A stretch of DNA of 64,000 nt. Origin: Pseudomonadales bacterium. GTDB lineage: Bacteria > Pseudomonadota > Gammaproteobacteria > Pseudomonadales > Ketobacteraceae. Each line of letters starts with the position of its first letter. The stretch's first letter is position 1. Both the position numbers and the translations under genes were made by a program. This document shows positions 58,844 through 64,000 of the stretch, piece by piece. The stretch covers positions 46,568 to 110,567 of the forward strand of contig NZXG01000051.1 in the NCBI GenBank assembly GCA_002701845.1, given 5' to 3'. The notes beneath the pieces were generated by a model, which saw only the letters and a program-made list of their open reading frames with translations, did no database searches and was not told the DNA's origin.

Positions 58844-60370
58844 TTACCCCAGCAGCGACAGCGCCTGCTGCGGTAACGCATTAGCCTGAGCCAGAACCGA
58901 GATACCGGCCTGCTGCAACACCTGGTTCTTGGACAGCTTGGCGGTTTCCGCCGCGAAGTCCGCGTCCCGAATCCGGCTGTTGGCAGCCGACAGACTCTCG
59001 GATACCGCCGACAGGTTACGGATGGTGGATTCAAAGCGGTTCTGAATCGCACCCAGGCCTGCGCGGAAGGAGTCGATCTGGGCCAGGGCACTGTCGATGG
59101 ACTCGATGGTGATGTTGGCACCGGCCACCGTGGTAATGTCCGCATTGGCCACCGTTCCCACCGCCTGCACGTTGGCATCGTCGGTGGCAGTGACATTGGA
59201 CAGGGTGGCAATGGTGTCCTGGGCCGAGATGGTCACCGATCCGGACTTGAAGTCACCGGTTTCATCCGCCACCGTGGCGTTGTCGGCACCGTCGAACAGC
59301 AGGTCCGCCGCGTTATTGGTGGTGGTGAAGACAATATCCCGACCGTCTTCGGCGGTCAGCGACAGGCGGCCGTTCTCGTCCAGCGCCGCGGTCACGCCGG
59401 TTATGTCGGATTTGGCGTTGATGGCATTCACCAGGCTGCCGTCGGCGTCTTTTTCCTGCACAGTCACCGGGCCAATGTCCACCCCGTTGATGGTGACGTC
59501 ACCGTTGGCCAGTTCGCCGGAGCCCACGTAGGCATCCGCCGCCGCCACGGTGGTGGTCAGGTCGGTGTAGTCGTAGGTGGTCTTGGCGGTGGCGTACACC
59601 CCTTCCAGACCTTCCACGCCGTCATCCCGCAGCTCGTTGATGCGTTCGGCCAGGGACTTGGCCACCCCGGCGCCATAATCGGCGGCGGTGGGGTCAGTGA
59701 GGCCGGCAGTGGCCGCTCCGGTAATGGCGCCACCGTTGGCGGCACTGAGTACGTCCACGGTGGTGCCGCCGGTACCCACGGTAATTTCAAAGCTGCTCAG
59801 GGTGGTCGCGGCCGCGGCTGCCAGGCTTGAGGCGGCGCTCTGCACCGCGCCGGGCTGGGAGCCCAGGGCACTGGCCCGGGCATCCACACCACTGACGGAA
59901 ACCGTCTCGCCGGCGTTGGCGCCGATCTGGAAGTTCAGCGAGGAGATGGAGCCGTCCGCCACTTTGTTACCGTTAAAGGTGGTGGTGTTGGCAATCCGGT
60001 CGATTTCCGACACCAGCTGGGACACCTCCTCCTGCAGGGACTGGCGGTCCGCCGCGCTGTTGGTGTCGTTGGCAGACTGCACCGCCAGGTCCCGGATTCG
60101 CTGCAGGGAGGTGGTGATTTCGTCCAGGGCGCTCTCTGAGGTCTGGGCGAAGGAAATACCGTCGTTGGCGTTACGTACCGCCACGTTCAGGCCACGGACC
60201 TGGGTGGTGAAACGGTTGGAAATGGCCAGACCGGCGGCGTCGTCCTTGGCGCTGTTGATGCGCAAACCAGAAGACAGACGCTGCAGGGAGGTCTGCAATG
60301 AGCTTTGCGACTTGTTCAAGTTGCGCTGCGCATTGATGGATGAAACGTTAGTGTTAATGATCTGGGGCAT
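58844..60370 (-). CDS. fliC: Flagellin, copy B (identical translation to copy A)
   Basis: Same 508-aa sequence as 55382-56908. Confidence 0.97.
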   Translation of the reverse strand: MPQIINTNVSSINAQRNLNKSQSSLQTSLQRLSSGLRINSAKDDAAGLAISNRFTTQVRGLNVAVRNANDGISFAQTSESALDEITTSLQRIRDLAVQSANDTNSAADRQSLQEEVSQLVSEIDRIANTTTFNGNKVADGSISSLNFQIGANAGETVSVSGVDARASALGSQPGAVQSAASSLAAAAATTLSSFEITVGTGGTTVDVLSAANGGAITGAATAGLTDPTAADYGAGVAKSLAERINELRDDGVEGLEGVYATAKTTYDYTDLTTTVAAADAYVGSGELANGDVTINGVDIGPVTVQEKDADGSLVNAINAKSDITGVTAALDENGRLSLTAEDGRDIVFTTTNNAADLLFDGADNATVADETGDFKSGSVTISAQDTIATLSNVTATDDANVQAVGTVANADITTVAGANITIESIDSALAQIDSFRAGLGAIQNRFESTIRNLSAVSESLSAANSRIRDADFAAETAKLSKNQVLQQAGISVLAQANALPQQALSLLG

Positions 60371-60408
60371 CGTGTGTCTCCTGCGTTTTAACACGACCTC
60401 AAATGAGG
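58844..60408. repeat. 1565-bp direct repeat, copy 2
   Basis: Identity with copy 1 begins at the TAA stop and ends at ...CCTCAAATGAGG. Confidence 0.92.
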
Positions 60409-60465
60409 TGCTATCAGTGCCACCACCCGCTGGGGAAGTGTAACTGCCGTCTGAATACAGATCCT

Positions 60466-60492
60466 GTATCGGCGGGATCGAGGGAGACTTTA
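60466..60492 (-). promoter_or_regulatory. Sigma28 promoter of flagellin B (and probably flagellinolysin)
   Basis: TAAA-N15-GCCGATAC. Confidence 0.85.
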
Positions 60493-60523
60493 GCCCTGGA
60501 GCAACTTTTTATACCCAAATAAG

Positions 60524-60547
60524 AGAAGCGGCCCAAGGGCCGCTTCT
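60524..60547 (-). terminator. Terminator of flagellin C
   Basis: AGAAGCGGCCC-AA-GGGCCGCTTCT perfect inverted repeat followed by CTTATTT on the minus strand. Confidence 0.75.
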
Positions 60548-60573
60548 AGTTGCTAAATGCCAATTTGTCCAGT

Positions 60574-62103
60574 TTATCCCTGTAGCAGTGAAAGTACCTG
60601 CTGAGGTAAGGCATTGGCCTGGGCCAGTACCGAGATACCCGCCTGCTGCAACACCTGATTCTTGGACAGGTTAGCCGTTTCCGCGGCGAAATCCGCATCC
60701 CGAATCCGGCTGTTGGCTGCCGACAGACTTTCGGATACCGCGGACAGGTTACGAATAGTGGACTCAAACCGGTTTTGTACCGCGCCCAGTTCGCCCCGGA
60801 AGCCATCGATTTGCGCCAGGGCACTGTCGATAGCCTCCATGGTAATATTACTGCCTTCTATGGTGGTAATATCAGCGTTGGCGATAGTACCCACCGCCTG
60901 AACGTTGTTGTCGTCGGTAGCGCTCTGCCCCGCACCCAGAGCAATGGTATCCTGCGCCGAAACAGTGAGTGTGCCGGCCTTGAAGTCATTGGTCTCTTCA
61001 GCCACCGTCACATTGTCACCCCCATTAAAGAGAATACCAGCGGCGCCGTTCTGGGTGGATATCACCAGGTCACGACCGTCCTCCGCAGTAAGAACCAGGC
61101 GGCCGTTGATATCGATGCCTGCACTGACCCCGGTCTGCGGTGTCTTGGCGTTAATCGCATCCCGTAACGCGCCGTCGGCGTCCCGTTCCTGAATCGTCAC
61201 CGGACCAATGGCAACGCCGTTGATGCTAAGGTCACCGTGGGCTAACTCCCCATCGCCCACATAAGCATCCGACGCCGCCACCGTGGTGGTGATGTCAGAA
61301 TAGTCATAGCTGGATTCAGCCGTGGCGTACACCCCTTCCAGACCATCCACGCTATCCTGGCGTAACTCATTGATCCGTTCCGCCAGCGATTTGGCAGCAC
61401 CGGCGCCATAACCGATTCCGGAGGGATCCGTCAGCGCACCCACACTGGATCCGGTAATGGCACCGCCACTGTCGGCACTGAGCACATCAACGGTGGTGCC
61501 ATTGGTACCGACAGTGATCTCAAACGAACTGAGCGTGGAAGCGGCAGCGGTTGCCAGGCTGGAGGCTGTACTCTGAACCGCTCCCGGCTGGGAGCCCAGG
61601 GAATTAATGCGGGCGTCCACACCGGATACCTCAACGCCTTCTCCAGAGTTGGCACCGATCTGAAAATAATAAGAGGACAAAGACCCATCCAGTACATTAC
61701 GGCCGTTGAAGGTGGTGGTAGTGGCAATCCGATCCACTTCATCGATCAATTGGTCCACCTCAGCCTGCAACGATATACGGTCAGCCTGGCTGTTGGTGTC
61801 ATTGGCGGACTGTACCGCCAGATCGCGAATCCGCTGTAGCGCGGTGGTGATTTCATCCAAGGCACTTTCCGTGGTTTGTGCCAGCGAAATACCGTCATTG
61901 GCGTTACGTACGGCCACATTGAGACCCCGCACCTGGGTAATAAATCGGTTTGAAATCGCCAAACCCGCGGCATCGTCCTTGGCACTGTTGATGCGCAGGC
62001 CCGATGACAGTCGCTGCAGCGACGTTTGTAGTGAACCCTGCGACTTGTTCAGGTTGCGTTGAGCATTGATTGACGAAATATTCGTGTTAATAATCTGAGG
62101 CAT
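60574..62103 (-). CDS. fliC: Flagellin, paralogue C (509 aa)
   Basis: Flagellin N/C motifs; collinear with A/B but with many substitutions. Confidence 0.96.
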   Translation of the reverse strand: MPQIINTNISSINAQRNLNKSQGSLQTSLQRLSSGLRINSAKDDAAGLAISNRFITQVRGLNVAVRNANDGISLAQTTESALDEITTALQRIRDLAVQSANDTNSQADRISLQAEVDQLIDEVDRIATTTTFNGRNVLDGSLSSYYFQIGANSGEGVEVSGVDARINSLGSQPGAVQSTASSLATAAASTLSSFEITVGTNGTTVDVLSADSGGAITGSSVGALTDPSGIGYGAGAAKSLAERINELRQDSVDGLEGVYATAESSYDYSDITTTVAASDAYVGDGELAHGDLSINGVAIGPVTIQERDADGALRDAINAKTPQTGVSAGIDINGRLVLTAEDGRDLVISTQNGAAGILFNGGDNVTVAEETNDFKAGTLTVSAQDTIALGAGQSATDDNNVQAVGTIANADITTIEGSNITMEAIDSALAQIDGFRGELGAVQNRFESTIRNLSAVSESLSAANSRIRDADFAAETANLSKNQVLQQAGISVLAQANALPQQVLSLLQG

Positions 62104-62255
62104 GATTGTCTCTCCTGCTTTCCCCGACCGGGCATCTCTTACCGGGAAGGATTAATTCAAAATTGTTGGTATCAGAGCTGTTGGGCCTTGAGCACTAGCC
62201 ACTCCGCCATTGTCCAGTTCTTAGTAAAGTTTCCTGTTTCATAAATTAATTCGTG

Positions 62256-63479
62256 TCAGATAAATTCAAAAAGTGACAAACCCTGCACCTTGACGAAGCT
62301 CTGCTGAGCCGCCTGTAGTGCCAGTGTGCGCTTGTTCAATTCGGTAATGGCTTCGGCATAATCCAGATCTTTCACTATCGAAAGCGCTGACTCGGATTCC
62401 ACCTTGAGACTTTCATTGATCGCTCCTTCGCTGTCGATCACGTTCAGGCGACTACCGACACTGGCTCGAATCTCATCTACATGCGTCATGGCCTGATCCA
62501 GATTCTGCATTCCCAGATTGAGGGCATTCTGAAATGCGGCCTGTAAGCTGGTGGTATCATTGGGCATCTGCAATGCTGCAACAATCTGGTTAACAGTGGT
62601 GAACAGGGACTGACGATAACTTGGCTCTACGGTGAAACTGTCACCAGCGGCGGGCACTCCGGACAGCGAATAGCTGATGCCATTGAAAGTGACTTTGCTG
62701 TCTTCGTCATAAAGCGGCAGCGGCGCGGCGTATACCGGCCCGGTATTGGCGCCGGTAATCTGATACTGCAGGTTACCGGAACCATTGAGTGAGAAATCGA
62801 TGGTGTAGGTGTCCGCCACATAGGTGGTAGGGTCCTCAAGCACCGCGCTACTGATGACTCCAGTGCCCAGATTGCTGGTACCGGCCGCAGTCACAAAAGC
62901 GCCATTACCGGTTTTAATATCGAAGAACACCTCATCGCCGCTGTTTCCGCTTTCAATACGTACCGAAGTATTCACATTGACATTGAGCACACCCTGGTCG
63001 CCATTGTAGGAAATGGTGCCGGTACCATCGCTGGTAAACGGTTTTACGTTGGACTTGAATCCGGAAAACAGATATTCCCCGTTTGCCAGCTGGCTGTTAC
63101 CCAGGCCCACCAACTCATCCAGTCGCTGCTCAATCTCTACGGTAATAGCCTTGCGGTCTGACTGATTGAGAGTGGCGTTGGCAGCCTGCAATGACAGCTC
63201 GCGAATACGTTGTAATATATCGGTGACATTATTCAACGCGGATTCCTGTAATTGCAGGCGAGTGCCGGCAGTCTGGCCGTTGGCAATAAACTGGGTGGCG
63301 TTGTCGATCTGGCGCTGAAGATCCAGCGCCACCGCAGAACCAATGGGATCATCGGATGGCTTCAGAATCCGGGTACCTTTGGATAGCTGCAGTTGGGTCT
63401 GATTCACCTGGCTCTGGTTCTCCAGAATGGCATTAGAGCCCTGGCTGAATGTCTGCGACGTTGAGATACGGATACTCAT
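62256..63479 (-). CDS. flgL: Flagellar hook-associated protein FlgL
   Basis: RIST.Q, LSKGTRILKPSDDP, GEYLFSG.K, YNGDQG and DLDYAEAIT motifs. Confidence 0.95.
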   Translation of the reverse strand: MSIRISTSQTFSQGSNAILENQSQVNQTQLQLSKGTRILKPSDDPIGSAVALDLQRQIDNATQFIANGQTAGTRLQLQESALNNVTDILQRIRELSLQAANATLNQSDRKAITVEIEQRLDELVGLGNSQLANGEYLFSGFKSNVKPFTSDGTGTISYNGDQGVLNVNVNTSVRIESGNSGDEVFFDIKTGNGAFVTAAGTSNLGTGVISSAVLEDPTTYVADTYTIDFSLNGSGNLQYQITGANTGPVYAAPLPLYDEDSKVTFNGISYSLSGVPAAGDSFTVEPSYRQSLFTTVNQIVAALQMPNDTTSLQAAFQNALNLGMQNLDQAMTHVDEIRASVGSRLNVIDSEGAINESLKVESESALSIVKDLDYAEAITELNKRTLALQAAQQSFVKVQGLSLFEFI

Positions 63480-63489
63480 GACCCCAACC

Positions 63490-64000
63490 TCACAGCGAAC
63501 TGATGATGGTATCGAACAGTTCGCTCGATACCTGAATAACACGGGCGGAAGCCTGATACGACTGTTGGAACCGAATCAGATTGGCGGCCTCCTCGTCCAG
63601 ATTAACCCCGGAAATGGATTCCCATTGGGCCTGGGACTGGTTGAGTATGGTTTCCGCCGCCTCCTGGCTCACGGCTGCATCATTGGTGCGAGTGCCCACA
63701 CCGCTCATCAGCTGGCCGTAAGCCCCCTGGTAATTGATGGTGCCATTGGCGATGGTTTTGGCAGCCGCCAGCTCGCCCAGTAGTAACATATTGCGGTTGT
63801 CTGCGACACCACCATTGTTGTAACCGATATTAACCACATCATTGGTCGCGGGCGTTCCACTGAATACCACATCGTATCCGGAGGCGGGATACAGTCCGGC
63901 CTGTTCCAACAAGCCATTATTCTGGCCGGGGGTAAAGGCAACCCCCGCAGCCACCGTGGTGGAGGTGCTGGTATCGATGACGTCGTAGGTTGTACCGCTG
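63490..64000 (-). CDS. flgK: Flagellar hook-associated protein FlgK (3' part; truncated by the window edge)
   Basis: ADNRNML.L and SISGVNLDEEAANLIRFQQSYQASARVI C-terminal signature. Confidence 0.95.
   Translation of the reverse strand, partial: SGTTYDVIDTSTSTTVAAGVAFTPGQNNGLLEQAGLYPASGYDVVFSGTPATNDVVNIGYNNGGVADNRNMLLLGELAAAKTIANGTINYQGAYGQLMSGVGTRTNDAAVSQEAAETILNQSQAQWESISGVNLDEEAANLIRFQQSYQASARVIQVSSELFDTIISSL

Noticed and set aside
62169-62191. Sigma28 promoter for flagellin C (TCAAG...TCTGATAC)
   Set aside because: The spacer is 4 nt too short and the -10 has mismatches.

Overview
64-kb chromosomal window from a GC-rich gammaproteobacterium; gene order is Pseudomonadales/Oceanospirillales-like (inference). 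I found no rRNA, tRNA, CRISPR array or IS element. Left part (1-27.3 kb) is mostly core genes: yciK, a sigma54-type diguanylate cyclase, PHP-yciO-trpS-scpA-scpB-rluB, yciB-yciI, bfd-bfr, degQ, a cation-transport operon and fadBA with a PsrA-type operator. It also holds an unexplained block at 10.5-14.2 kb (SprT-like HExxH protein, exported hypothetical, divergent sigma-70/ECF-like factor, orphan DUF4123). Right part (27.3-64 kb) is a minus-strand flagellar region: flgK(partial)-flgL, four flagellin genes, flaG-fliDST, fleQ, a five-gene glycosyl/methyltransferase island, fleSR, fliEFGHIJ, a che2/F7-type chemosensory cluster ending in a degenerate mini-chemoreceptor, and hsbA-hsbR-hptB-like genes. 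Strongest leads: (1) a zinc-metalloprotease flagellin (flagellinolysin) bracketed by two apparently identical 1565-bp flagellin repeats; (2) the degenerate receptor in the F7 cluster; (3) the sigma-like/DUF4123 block with a palindromic operator; (4) the sigma54-driven glycosylation island between fleQ and fleS. All family calls come from motif recognition by eye, not database searches.
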